Source of the DNA: Macrostomum lignano | Lineage: Eukaryota | Direction of reading: 5' to 3' | Length of the DNA: 64,000 nt | Assembly: GCA_002269645.1 (NCBI GenBank) | Contig: NIVC01003404.1 | Location: forward strand, 35,543-99,542 | In this document: positions 35,898 through 50,000 of the stretch, piece after piece | Layout of the letters: each line of letters opens with the position of its first letter | How positions within the stretch are numbered: position 1 is the first letter of the stretch | Program-made: the position numbers and the translations under genes | The notes under the pieces: model-generated | Told to the model about the DNA's origin: nothing | What the model saw: only the letters and a program-made list of their open reading frames with translations | Databases searched by the model: none

Positions 35898-37112
35898 TGT
35901 GGTACATGTAAATACAATATGAATATATATTGCATGCACGATAAGCAATGATTTAGGCCCTAGACAAACCTACTTGGAGCGTTCGGAGATTTTAAAGCTA
36001 TTGGCCCTAATTGCCTATCGCCGGTCGGCGAGTTCTACCAGTCTTTCTCCAATAGTCACAGTACGGTACAAGAAAAGGAAGAACGCGGATGAACACGAAC
36101 CGAATAGATTTAGAGAGTGATAATCCTAATGAGAATAGCTAAATCTTATTGACGGTTTAATTTGACAAGCTATGATAAGTTACAAGGTCCTCAATACGAT
36201 TCACGACGCAGATAAATTGACACTCATGATAACGAGTAATAACGATACAACGATTAGCGATAATAAATTAATAACGCAACTGGCAAGCAGATCTCAGCTG
36301 AAGAAGAAGAGGAACCGAACACAGGACCACGGAGAAGACTCCTAACCCCTGGCCTGAACCAGAACCTACACTCAAACGAGAGCCCTGCCGAATTGACCGT
36401 TCAACGGAGCACTGACTAAATTCTATCAGCACTGCCCTTCAGTGTGACACTGAGGCCCTCTGGGTCGAGGCCACGTACTTGGTCAAATCCGACAGTCTCT
36501 AACTAGACCGCGCTTAATAGCTACGACTGCAGACAGGAAAATGCCGTATCGTTACGCTACAAGACTGAAGCGGTCGGGCAAGGGAACAAAAATATGGACC
36601 GGGGTGATGAACTCAGGCGCCTCAAAGCGCGAACCAAACAGACGAGGCAAAACGGCCGGGAAGCCGGAACAAAAATCGAAGCCGGGGAAAAAAAGGAGAA
36701 GAGAGAAGAAGTGAGATCTGATTGCCAAACACACTTTCATCTATAGTCAGAGTCAAACCCCTCAAAACCCCCCTCAAGCCGAGTGATGGTCGTCTGGCCG
36801 GCCGCTTGCTTAAGCCGAATTGCACTGTGCCCGCGGCGCCGGGTAGAACAGGAACTTGCCGCGTGCCAGGGTCCAGGCCGGTTCTGATTGGCTGGCCGCG
36901 CAAAGCTGGGGTTCGCAGAAAAACTCAACCCTCCGCTGAGTCACAGTTGGCGTCTGACTTCTAACCTGTTTACGCAAAATTAGATTTTAACTAACAAGAA
37001 AAGTACATTAAAAGCGTGACTAAATAAAAGCAAAATAATAACTCAATAACAATATAGAAACTAATACAATTAACCAACCAACAAAACCCACGCAAAAGAC
37101 GCTCACACTACA
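35898..37112. mobile_element. Solo LTR (1215 bp)
   Basis: TGTGG...CTACA ends, 4-bp TSD CACT; empty site at the homologous positions near 7370 and 18450. Confidence 0.8.
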
Positions 37113-37816
37113 CACTACACTATAGATAGAGATCATAAAGCTGACGCCTTCTTATACAACAGCTAAACTTTTAATAGCGATGCGACTAAGAGCAATTGGA
37201 GCATGAAGTTAGAAGTATAGAATAAAAAAATCGAACCCAGTTTTATCTTACAAGTTCGCTGATTGAAAAAAAGCTTTTATGAATCTAACTTAACTCGTGT
37301 TACTGAATCTCGATAAAACAGAAGGCTTTTACGGTATCTTAGAAAGCACTATAAAATTCTGAGACTTGCTTCCGCATTTATTGACACATCTGTCGTCTAA
37401 ACACATTCTGCCCGGCCGCACGGCGATCTCAGCCTGCGAGAGCTGGAAGCAGCGAGAGGCCTGCTGACTCTTTCTGACGGAATCGCATCCACGCTCTGTT
37501 CTCCGTTCAAATTCAAAACCAGCATTCCGCCACGTCATGAAGCAAGAGACAACTGGAAACCCCATGAAATCCACTGCTTCACTGATGGGTCCTAAATCAA
37601 CCCCGCCTTTGGCGACGGCTACTGCATCGTGTCTGGAGGGAGAACTGTGGAGACCTTCTCCCAACACACCGGCACCTGCTCCGCCGTCTTCCAGAACGAA
37701 GTTCTCGCCATCAGCTTTAGACAGAGGCAGTGACACTAAAAGACAACACACTCTTAGACATAATAAACACACTATTTTGGATTGATTCAGCCTATCTCTC
37801 TTGTCAGTGATGCACT

Positions 37817-40800
37817 TGTAACTATAACTTATTGTACGCTCATCTGCGCCCCAGCCGCCCCGTCCCCCAATCATGTACGTTGCTATCGATTGCTCAGTCC
37901 ACCTCGCCCCTCTATATAATATGCTTTTTGGCACTCTTGAATAATACACGTATTCTCTCGGTTGCACGTTCATTACATGGCGTCGCAAGCTAGCTAGCCT
38001 CAGTGCATGGACCTGAAGCCACCCGAAGAGTTGGAGACGGACTCCAACGAGTCTTGGAAACGCTGGCGACAAAGATTTTTGATATACCTCAAGGCAACTG
38101 GAATTGTTTGCGAAGAGCGTCGAATAAATTTGTTTTTGCACCTGATCGGTGACAATGGCCTTGACATTTATAACACCCTGGAGACAGAAATAGAAGAGGA
38201 AACAGCGGAGGGTGCAACGGCAAGGCGACCAATAGCTTTTGACAAGTTGCTGGAGCTATTCGATGAGCACTTCAGTCCGCGTACGAGCGAAGTCTTCGAG
38301 CGTTTTAAGTTCTGGGAACGCGACCAGAAGGAGTCTGAGCCAGTCGACCTGTTTGTGACTGATTTGAAACGTCTGGCTGGAACGTGCAATTTCGAAACAC
38401 AAAAAAAGAAAATGATTCGAGACAAGATTGTCCTGGGGTGCAACGACTCACGAATGCGAGAGTGGCTACTTCGAGAACCGGACTTGGACCTGAGAACGGC
38501 AATTGACATGTGCAGAGCTGCAGAGTCCGCGCGACATCAGCTAAAGGAAGTCGAAAAAGGCCTAAACATCGTAAGGCTGTCACCTACTCCGGCAGCGCCT
38601 CGGCAGCAACAAATCCGCAACTCAGGGCGCCCAGTGTCGAGTACAGCGGCCCAGTCGATGGCGCAGGGCCAACCTGGCCAAAGTTCGAACCCGAGTCAAC
38701 TTCAGGGACGCCTTCCTGGAGAAAGTCGCTGTCACAACTGCGGTTACAGTCATCGTGATGGCAAGTGTCCGGCTTTTGGTAAGCGGTGTCTGTCCTGTGG
38801 CCGCCTGAACCACTTTCGCAGCAGTCAATGCCGAAGCAACAATAACCGGAGGGTTATGACTGTAACAGCAGCTGAAGGTGAGGATGCTTGTGCTGGTGAA
38901 GAGGTGTATTTTATCGGAACGCTGCAGACTGATAACGGTTCCAGTTGGTCAGCAGAAGTTCAGCTTCCAGATGGTAATTAGCTGCAATGCAAGCTAGACA
39001 CCGGAGCAGAGGTGAGCGTGTTGCCAGCAGATTATTTCCCAGTTGGTGAGCAGTTGCTAAAAACTCACACTGTGCTGACGGCCTTTGGAGGAGCTCGCGT
39101 TCCTGTCGTTGGAAAGTGTCGTTTGAAGGTCAAGGTGCAGGGTCGGCCGTGCGAGATAGAGTTTATGGTTTCAGAGGTTCAACAAGCAATCATCGGTTTA
39201 CCAGCGCTAAAGGATCTGGACCTAATTCGACGAGTTGAAAGCGTTAGACAGCCACCAGTGATTGACGAAAAGTTCGTGCTAGAGGAATTCAGTGACCTGT
39301 TTGACGACAAACTTGGCTGTTTGCCTTACGTGCACTCGTTTACTCTCGATGAACATGCTGTTCTTGTCGTCAATGCTCCGAGAAAGATTCCCTTTGCGCT
39401 GCAAGGCAAAGTTCAGGAGGAGTTAAAGCGCATGGAGGCCCTCGGAGTCATCGTTAAAGTTTCTGAGCCAACGGATTGGGTAAACTCTTTGGTTACTGTA
39501 CACAAGCCAGATGGCAGCTTGCGACTGTGTATCGATCCGACACATCTCAACAAAGCTATCAAGCGCGCTCACTACCCGATGACAACAGTTGAGCAAGTTG
39601 TTGCGCACATTCCAGGTGCCAAGTACTTCACCGTGCTGGATGCAAAGACTGGTTTTTGGCAGATAAGACTTGACGAAGAAAGTACACAGCTCTGTACTTT
39701 CAACACTCCGTGGGGCAGATACAAGTTCGTTCGCCTGCCCCCAGGAACTATTGATGCACCGAAAATCTACCAACGTGAGCTAAGCAAAATTTTTAGCAGC
39801 TGGGCTGAGGTAATTGTTGATGATATGCTTGTCTGGGGACGGACCCGCGAAGAGCACGATCAGAAGCTACTCAAGGTGCTCAGTGAGGCCCGTCAGTCGA
39901 ATTTAAAGCTAAATCGCAAGAAATTGAAAGTTGGTGTTTCTTCAGTAAACTATGTCGGTCACGTGATCTCATCTGACGGTGTTCGTCCAGATCCTGCTAA
40001 AGTAAAAACCATTCAAGAGCTTCCGGTTCCAGGTGATAAGCAGGCAGTGATGCGGCTGCTTGGCATGGCAACCTACCTGGGCAAGTTTATTCCCAATGCG
40101 TCGGACATCACTGAACCTCTTCGTGCCCTGCTCAAGAAGGAGGTGCTGTTTGACTGGCAAGAGAAACAGCAACAAGCTTTTGAGAAGCTAAAAGATGTTC
40201 TGATGAACGCTCCTGTGCTAAGGTTGTTTGACGCCGATATGGAAGTTGAGCTTCAAGTCGACAGTTCATCGGTCGGAGTTGGTTGCGTTTTGCTGCAGAA
40301 TGGACAGCCTGTGGCGTATGGATCGGCTGCGCTGACCAACACGCAAAGGAACTATGCTCAGATTGAGAAGGAGACTCTGGCCGTTGTTATTGCCTGCAAG
40401 AAATTCCATGACTACATATATGGCCTTCCAGTAGTACGAGTGACTACAGACCACAAGCCCCTGGAGGTTATTTTTAAGCGTGACTTGCTGCATGTTCCGC
40501 CACGCATTGCTCGAATGCTGTACCAACTCAAAAGATATAATCTGCGTGTATCCTGGGCACCGGGATCCAAGATGCTGATTGCCGATACGCTTTCAAGAGC
40601 TTACCTTCCGGAGGCCGAGGCTGCTCTAGACGACGAAATTGAGGTGGTTGCATCAGATGAGCAAGAGCCTCCCGATTTCTGCCATTCGTTTGCAGGAAAT
40701 CCGAGACGAGACCCGCAAAGATTCGGACTTGAGTTCTGTAGCCCGGTTTGTTCAGCCGGGTTGGCCAAGCAACTTTCGGAACATTTGCCACTCTGTCCGT

Positions 40801-40850
40801 CCGTATTGGAGCTTCAAGGAGGACTTGACCTACAATGATGGCGTGCAAAT
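37817..40850 (+). mobile_element. Decayed Ty3/Gypsy LTR retrotransposon: 161-bp 5' LTR, PBS, gag-PR-RT-RNase H; truncated before integrase
   Basis: LTR TGTAA(37817)...TTACA(37977), then PBS-like TGGCGTCGC. Gag 38007 has Cys/His knuckles. In-frame TAG 38979 precedes KLDTGA. RT motifs LRLCIDP, LDAKTGFWQI and degenerate IVDD; RNase H motifs DSSSVGVG, NYAQIEKE, TDHKPL. Confidence 0.92.
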
Positions 40851-41035
40851 TTGTCCAACTGTAGCAGGACTGAGAACAATGAAAACTGAGGAGAACTGGG
40901 TGGTTCTCAGTCCTAGAACCGATAAATTACCATAAGAAGTTGTTGTTCCTCAGATTGGGAAAGAGGCGAGATAGAAATGCACTTTCTGTGGGTTAATGAA
41001 AAAGAAAAAGAGAGTTCTCTCGTATATTTTCAGCA

Positions 41036-44000
41036 GGAGATAGGGGAAGAAATCCCATCACCGGAATTCCATTCCCTGAAATCCATCAGCTGAAACTCCA
41101 TGACTTGAATCCCATCTTCCAAATCGTCTCCAAATTCTTTACAAAACCTTTGAAAGACCATAGCTCAAAGACTCTCACGTCTCTTATATCTCCTCTCTCC
41201 TCTCTTCGCTATTATCGTGAATCTCTTCTCTCTCCTCTCTCTCATCTCATCTCTACCCCTACTCCCTTATTTATCTCTTCTCCCTCGTCTTTCGTCTGTA
41301 CCTTCTCCTGTCTCTTGTCTCCTCTCTTCTCTCATATCTCTCCTCTACACTTCTGTCTCCTGTCTCCTCTCTTCTCTCTATCTCTCTCTCTCCTCTCTCC
41401 TCTCTCCTCTCTCATCTCTCCTCACTTATCTATCGTCTCTCTTAACCCTTTCTCTCTCTTCTCTTTTCTGTCCTATCTGCTCTCATTTCTCATATCTCAT
41501 ATACGCTCTCAGACTCTACTTTCTTGTCTCCCATCTTTCTTTCCTCCTTTCCACTATCCCCCGTCTCTTCTCTTCTCTCTTTTCTATCCTCTCCATTCTC
41601 TCTTTTCTCCTCTCCTTGCTCCTTTCATCTTCTCCCCTCTCTTCTCTAATCTCTAATCTCTTCTCTCTTATGTTCTCACTCATCTCTTCTCATCGGATCT
41701 CTCATCTCTCCTCTCCTCACTACTTTCCTCTCTACACTCTCTCATCTCTGATCTTTTATCTCTCTCCTCTCTCCTCTCTCTCTTCTCCTTTCGCTTCTCT
41801 CTCCTCTCTCTCTCTCTCATCTCTACTACCTTATTTATTTCTTCTCCCTGGTCTTTCGTCTGTACTCTCTCCTGTCTCCTTTCTCCCCTCTTTTCTCCTC
41901 TAATCTCTCTCCCCTCCTCTCTCATCTCTTATCTCACTCTTTCTTTCTCCTCTACTCTCCCCTCTCTTTTATTTCCTCTGTACGCTCTTATCCCTCATCT
42001 ATTCTCTCTCCTATCATCTCTCCTGTATCCCTCTGCTATCTCATATCTCCCCTCTCATCTCCTCTCTCCTCTTCTCTTCTCTCTCCTTCGTTCCCGCCTT
42101 ACTCCCCTCTTCTCTCCCATCTGTCATGTCTAATCTCTCCTCTCATTTCTACTATCTTTTCTTTTCATTCTTCTCTTTACTCTCTTCTCTGACTGATTGA
42201 AGATGCCAAATCCATCAAGATCCTCTCCGCGAAGCAGAAAAATCCTGTCCGTGCAACACTAAACTATCGAAATCCTCTCCGTGAAACTGGAATCCTTCGA
42301 AATCCTCTCCTTGAAACTTAAATCCATCAAAATCGTCTCCATAAAACAGAAATCAATCATAAATTATCTCCGCGAAACAGAAATCCTCTCCGTGAAGCTG
42401 AACATCATCGAAATCCTCTCCGTGAAACTGAACACCATCGAAATCCTCTCCACGAAACAGAAATCCTCTCCGTCAAAATTAAAACATTGAAATCGTCTCC
42501 GCTAAACTGGACTCAATCGAATTTTTTCCGTCAAACAACTCAACTCTCCAGATTCATTGGTTAGGGTTAGGGTTAGGGTTAGGGTTAGAACTGCGCACAG
42601 CTTCGTGGTAAAAGGCACTGATAAAAATATTGAACTAATTGAATCAATTCATTGCGCAACCGATTTCACAGTCAGCCAGTATCAGTCTCAGTTAAAGTTA
42701 ACAAAAACATTGCGCAATCTAAATCAACCCTCCAATACACAGCAGCAGTGAGAAGTTGAACCCTCCCCCCAACTTTATCTATTACGTCTCGCAAAACTGA
42801 GTACAATTTTTGCAGAAAGTTAAAAGTATGGAAGTAGTTTTTGAAATGCTGTGCTTTTTTTCATAATTTAAGCAAAAAACTTATATCCCCGAACTCAGCG
42901 TTGCAAGATCTTTCCAGCAATATAAGTTTCTCCTCTCAAAGTTTAAAACTCGAGGAACAGTTAGCGTTTGAAATTTACCAATTTCCCGACTGCTTGCTAG
43001 AGATGCTCGCAATCGCAAGTTTATTCATTGAATTTCACTGCCAAACTAATACACAGGGCTGCCTATGGAAAAAGGCGCCAATAAAAAAAACCAATTGAAT
43101 CTCGACACAGTCTATCTGTTTACACTGTACAACTGCTATGTACACTCAGCCCAAGCCCAACCCCCCCCCGTTCCGGGGGAATCATTAAATTTAACTCAAC
43201 CTCCCCAACACGCGGGGGGGGGTTTATTTGCATTGAACGCAGAACACGCGCACCCACCACCCCTCAATACACAGCGGCCCGCGGGCGGAGGTTGGGGTGG
43301 CTATTTTTACAAACTGGCTGAAGCCCCAGCAGAGTGGCCAAAGAAGGTTATTGGGGGTTAAAAAAAGCAGTTTTCTGCTTTTTTTGGGGAAGTTAAAATG
43401 TGAAAACTAAAAATTAAAATAGCCTAAAGCCTGCTCCGAAAAATTTGCAGTTTTCCCATATAAGTTTCGACGCTGACTTGGCAGTATTGTAGGAGTTCAC
43501 TTGCTACATACTTACAGACAGACAAACATCGCGTCAGTTTTAGTATTAGGAAGGAGTTTTAGTATTAGGAGACGAGGCCAACTCCTCCGATGGAGGAGAA
43601 AGGGGAAGAACTCCCATCACCGGAATTCCATTCCCTGAAATATATCAGCTGAATCCCATGACACGAATCCCATCATCAAAACATCTCCACATCCATCAAA
43701 ATCCTCTCCGCGAAACAGAAATCCTCTCCGCGAAACAGAAATCCTCTCCGCGAAACAGAAATCCTCTCCGTGAAACTGGACTCCTTTCGAAATCCTCTCC
43801 GCGAAACAGAAATCCTCTCCGTGAAACTGGACTCCATGGAAATCCCCTGAGTGAAACTGACATCCATCAAAATCGTCTCCGCGAAACAGAAATTCTCTCC
43901 ATAAAACTGGACTGAATCGAAATTTTCTCCGTCAAAAAGAATCAACTCTCAGGATTCAGTGGTTAGGGTTAGGGTTAGGGTTAGGGTTAGGGTTAGAGCT

Positions 44001-47000
44001 ACACGCAGCAGTGTTGAAAGGCGCCGATAAAAAATGAACTAATTGAATCAATTCATTGCGCAACCGATTTCACAGTCAGTCAGTATCAGTCTCAGTTAAA
44101 GTTAACAAAAAGATTGCGCAAACTAAATCAACCCTTCAATACACAGCGACTGACCCCCTTCCAATACGCAGTGGCAATTAAAAGTTGAACCCCCCCCCCC
44201 AACAGTTGGGGGGTCGGTGGAACCCCCTTTGAACCCAAAATGAGTACACTCTGCAGAAAGTTGAAAGTATGGAAATTGTTTTTTAAATGCTGTTTTTTAA
44301 ATCACATTTAAAGCAAACAACTTATAACCCCGAACTCAGCGTTGCAAGAGCTTTCCAGCAATATAAGTCTCTCCTCTAAAAGTTTAAAACTCGAGCAACA
44401 GTTAGCGTTTGAAATGTCCCGATTTAAAGCATTGCAGTATCGAGTGTACGTTCAATGCTTGCTGAAGAGGCTCGCAAGTTTATGCATTCAATTTCGCTGT
44501 GCAAAAAATACACAGGGCTGCCTATTGAAAATCAGAACACATCGTTGCGCAATTGTCTATACAGTCAGCCCGTGCGCCAAGGTCCAACTGTACACACGCA
44601 GCCACTGAGAACGCGACCATCCCCCCACTGGAGAGAAAATACACTACAGAGATAGGAGAAAGTTTTGGCGCAATCGCTCAAAATTCATGCAAATTTTCAG
44701 CTCCGAGCAGAAAAATTGACCAGAGAAGGTTAGGAAATCAGTTTTCTGCTTTTTTAGGGATCTTAAAATGTGAAAATAAAATTTTGAAATAGCCCACTGC
44801 AGTCTCCGGAAAATTTGCTGTTTTCCGATATAAGTTTCAAGGCTGACTTGCAAGTATTCTAGGAGGAGTTATGCAACATACGGACAGACAGACAGACAAA
44901 CAAACAACGCACCAACTTTAGTATTAAGAGAGTGGAACTCCTCCTTCGGAGGAGAAAGGGGAAGAACTCCCATCACCGGAATTCTATTCCCTGAAATATC
45001 CATCAACTGAAATTCCATGTCTTTAACCCTATCTTCCAAATCGTCTCCAAATTCTTTACAAAATCTTTCAAAGACCATAGCTCAAAGACTCTCAAGTCTC
45101 TCATATCTCCTCTCTCCTCTCTCTCATCTCATCTCTACCCCTGCTCCCTTATTTATCTCTTCTCCCTCGTCTTTCGTCTGTACCTTCTCCTGTCTTCTGT
45201 CTCCTCTCTTCACTCTTATCTCTCCCTCTTCTCTCCTCTCTCATATGTCATCTCTACTCACTTATCTATCGTCTCTCTTAACCCTCTCTCTCTCTTCTCT
45301 TTTCTCTTCTCTCTGCTCTCATTTCTCATATTTCATATACGCTCTGACACTACTTTCTTGTCTCCCATCTTTCTTCCTCCTTTTCACTATCCCCTGTCTC
45401 TTCTCTTCTCTCTTTTCTATTCTCTCCATTCTCTCTTTTCTCATTTCCTTGCTCCTTTCATCTCTCTCCTCTCTCCTCACTCTCTTCTCCTTTCGCTTCT
45501 CTCTCCTCTCTCTCCTCTCATCTTTACTACCTTATTTATATCTTCTCCTTAGTCTTTCGTCTGTACTCTCTCCTGTCTCCTCTCTCCCCTGCTCTCTCAT
45601 CCCTCATCTCCTCATCTCACTCTTTCTTTCTCCTCTACTCTCCCCTCTCTTATATTGCCTCTGTACGCTCTTATCCCTCATCTATTCTCTCTCCTATCAT
45701 CTCCAATCTGTCATGTCTAATCTCTCCACTCAATTATACTCTGTTTTCTATCATCTCTTCTCTCTTCTCTTTTCAGTCTTCTCTTTACTCTCTTCTCTGA
45801 CTCATTGAAGATGCCAAATCCATCAAGATCCTCTCCGCGAAGCAAAAATCCTGTCTGTGCAACTAAAAACCATCGAAATCCTCTCAGTGAAACTGGACTC
45901 CTTCGAAATCCTCTCCTTGAAACTTAAATCCATCAAAATTGTTTCCATAAAACAGAAATCAATCATAAATTATCTCCGCGAAACAGAAAGCCTCTCCGTG
46001 AAGCTGAACATGATCGAAATCCTCTCCGTGAAACTGAACACCATGGAAATCCTTTCGTGAAACTGAACATCATCGAAATCCTCTCCACGAAACAGAAATC
46101 TTCTCCGTCAGAATTTAAACATTGAAATCGTCTCCGTTAAACTTGACTTAATCGAATTTTTTCCGTCAAACAACTTAACTCGCCAGATTCATTAGGGTTA
46201 GGGTTAGGGTTAGGGTTAGGGTTAGAACTACGCACAGCTTCGTGTTAAAAGGCACAGATAAAAATATTGAACTAATTGAATCAATTCATTGCGCAACCGA
46301 TTTCACAGTCAGTATCAGTCTCAGTTAAATTTAACCAAAAGATTGCGCAATTTAAATCAACCCTCCAGTACACAGAGACCGACTCCTTTTCAATACGCTG
46401 TGGCAGTTAGAAATTGAACCCCCATCTGTTGGGGGCATTGAACCAAAAAATGAGTACAATCTTTGCAGAAAGCTAAAAGTATGGAAATAGTTTTTTTGAT
46501 GCTGCTCTTTTAGTCTTTATATTGAAAGCTAACAATTTATATCCTCGAACTCAGCGTTGCAAGATCTTTTCAGCAGTATAAGTCTCTTCTCTTAAAGTTT
46601 AGAACTCGAAGAGCAGTTAGCGTTTGAAAGTTTCCGTTTTAAAGCATTAAAATATCGAGTGTACGTTCACTGCCTGCCAAAGAGGCTCGCAAGTTGATTC
46701 ATTCACTACACAGGCCGGCTATTACACAGGGCAGCGTATTGAAAGGCACAGATAATAAAACAAATTGATGGTGCAACCGATTTCACAGTCAGTCAGTATC
46801 AGTCTCAGTTAAAGTTAACAAAAACATTGCGCAATCTAAATCAACCCTCCAATACACAGCAGCAGTGAGAAGTTGAACCCTCCCCCCAACTTTATCTATT
46901 ACGTCTCGCAAAACTGAGCACAATTTTTGCAGAAAGTTAAAAGCATCGAAATAGTTTTTTCAATGCTGTGCTTTTTCTTTTTATATTTAAAGCAAACAAC

Positions 47001-50000
47001 TTATATCCCCGAACTCAGCGTTGCAAGATCTTTCCAGCAATATAAGTTTCTCCTCTGAAAGTTTAAAACTCGAGGAACAGTTAGCGTTTGAATTTACCAA
47101 TTTCCCGACTACTTGCTAGAGAAGCTCGCAAGTTTATTCATTGAATTTCACTGCCAAACTAATACACAGGGCCGATAATAAAAAATGAACCAATTGAATC
47201 AATTGATTGTGCAATATATTTCTGTGTTAGTCAGTATCAGTCTCAGTTAAAGTTAACAAACAGATTGCGCAATCTAAATCAACCCTCAAATACACACCGA
47301 CCGACCTCCTAACTGTTGGGGGTCGGTCGAACGCCATTGAAATCCTAAAATGAGTACAATCTTTGCAGAAAGTTTAAAGTATGGAAATAGTTTTTGCAAT
47401 GCAGAGCTTTTAATTTTCATATTTAAAGCAAACAATTTATATCCCTGAAATCAGCTTTGCAAGTTCTTTCCAGCAATATAAATTTTTTCTCTCAAAGTTA
47501 AAAACTCGAGCAACAGTTTGCGTTTGAAACTTTCTGATTTAAAGCATTGAAATATCGATTGTACGTTCACTGCCTGCTAAAGAGGCCCGCAAGTTTATGC
47601 ATTGAATTTCAAGGTTCAACAAAATCACAGGGCTGCCTATTGAAAATTAGAACACAAATCTTTGCGCAATTGTCTATACAGTCAGCCAGTGAGCCAGGGT
47701 CCAAGTGTACACACGCAGCCATTTAGAACGCCCCATCCCCCCACTGGAGAGAAAATACACTGCAGAGATAGGGAAAAGTTGTGGCGCAATCACTTGAAAT
47801 TCATGCAAATTTTCAGCTCCAAGCAGAAAGAGGGGACAATTAAGATTATCAAAGGTCAAGACCGCCGTTTTCTGCTTTTTTGAGGATCTTAGAAATTAAA
47901 ATTTCAGAATTAAAATAGCCTATAGCCGACCTCGGATAATTTCCAATCTTCCCATATAAGTTTCAACGCTGAGTTGGCACTATTCAAGGAGGAGTTGTCG
48001 AAATGACAGACAGACACACAGACAGACAGACAAACAACGCGTCAACTTTAGTATATACGAGTGGAACTCCTCCTTCGGAGGAGAAAGGGGAAGAACTCCC
48101 ATCACCGGAATTCTATTCCCTGAAATATCCATCAACTGAAATTCCATGTCTTTAACCCTATCTTCCAAATCGTCTCCAAATTCTTTACAAAATCTTTCAA
48201 AGACCATAGCTCAAAGACTCTTACGTCTCTCATATCTACTCTCTCCTCTCTTCGCTATTATCGTGACTCGCTTCTCTCTCCTCTCTCTCATCTCATCTCT
48301 ACCCCTACTCTCTTATTTATCTCTACTCCCTTATTTATCTCTTCTCCCTCGTCTTTCGTCTGTACCCTATCCTGTCTACTCTCCTATCTTCTATCTTATC
48401 TCTCCCCTTTTCTCTCCTCTCTCATATCTAATCTCTAATCACTTATCTATCGTCTCCGCTCTACTTTCTCTCTTCTTTTTTCTCTCTTCTCTCTGCTCTC
48501 ATTTCTCGTATCTCTTATACGCTCTCACCCTCTCCTTTCTTATCTCCCATCTTTCTTCCCTCCTTTCTACTGCATCACCTGTCTCCTCTCTTCTCTTTTC
48601 TCTCCTCTCCATTCTCTCTTCTCTACTCTCATCTCCCCTCATCTCTTCTCTAATCTCTAATCTCTTCTCTCTCTTATTTTCTCACTCATCTCTTTTCTCA
48701 TTGCATCTCTCATCTCTCCTCTCTCTCTCTCCTCTCATCTGTACTATCTTTTTTATCTCTTCTCCCAGGTCTTTTAAATTTACTCTCTCCTGTCTCCTCT
48801 CTCCCCTCGTCTTTCCTCTCTCATATCTCTTCTCTACTCACTTATATATTCTCTCTCCTCTGCTCCCCTTTTACACTTTCCTATATGCTCTCACTCTCAC
48901 CCTCCCCTTTCTTATCTGCTGTTTTTACACTCCTTTCTACCACCTGTCTCCTCTCGTTTCTCTCCTCTCTGCACTCTCATCTTTACCCTCTTCTTTCTCC
49001 TCACTACTTTCTTCTCTTAAATCTCTGATCTCTGATCTTTCATCTCTCTCCTCTCACCTCTCACCTCTCTCCTCTCTTTCCTCTCTTCTATTGCCTCTGT
49101 ACGCTCTTGTCCCTCCTTTCTTCTCCATCCTGTCTCCTCTCTGCAATCTCATATCTCCTCTCTCATATCCTCTCCCTTCATCTCCTCTCTCCTCTTCTCT
49201 TCTCTCTCCTTCGTTCCCGCCTTACTTTCCTCTTCTCTCCCATCTGTCATGTCTAATCTCTCCACTCATTTCTACTCTGTTTTCTATCATCTCATCTCTC
49301 TTCTCTTTTCATTCTTCTCTTTACTCTCTTCTCTGACTGATTGAAGATGCCAAATCCATCAAGATCCTCTCCGCGAAGCAGAAATCCTGTCCGTGCAACT
49401 GAAAACCATCGAAATCCTCTCCGTGAAACTGGACTCCTTCGAAATCCTCTCCTTGAAACTTAAATCCATCAAAATCGTCTCCATAAAACAGAAATCAATC
49501 ATAAATTATCTCCGCGAAACAGAAATCCTCTCCGTGAAGCTGAACATCATCGAAATCCTCTCCGTGAAACTGAACACCTTCGAAATCCTCTCCGTGAAAC
49601 TGAACACCTTCGAAATCCTCTCCTTGAAACTTAAATCTATCAAAATCGTCTCCATAAAGCAGAAATCAATCATAAATTTAACTCCGCGAAACAGAAATCC
49701 TCTCCGTGAAGCTGAACATCATCAAAATCCTCTCCGTGAAACTGAGCACCATCGAAATCCTCTCCACGAAACAGAAATCCTCTTTGTCAAAATTAAAACA
49801 TTGAAATCGTCTCCGCTAAACTGGACTCAATCAATTTTTTCCGTCAAACAACTCAACTCTCCGGATTCATTGGTTAGGGTTAGGGTTAGGGTTAGGGTTA
49901 GAACTACGCACAGCTTCGTGTTAAAAGGCACTGATAAACTATTGAACTAATTGAATCAATTCATTGCGCAACCGATTTCACAGTCAGTCAGTATCAGTCT

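Noticed and set aside
38979-38981. In-frame TAG between gag and the protease as programmed readthrough
   Set aside because: The stop lies inside the protease N-terminal strand region, and the RT is degenerate (LPPG, IVDD) and truncated. A nonsense mutation is simpler.
41105-49336. Long Leu/Ser-rich ORFs (e.g. 48146-49336, 45017-45808, 41217-41903) as membrane proteins
   Set aside because: By-products of CT-rich low-complexity DNA, which lacks stop codons
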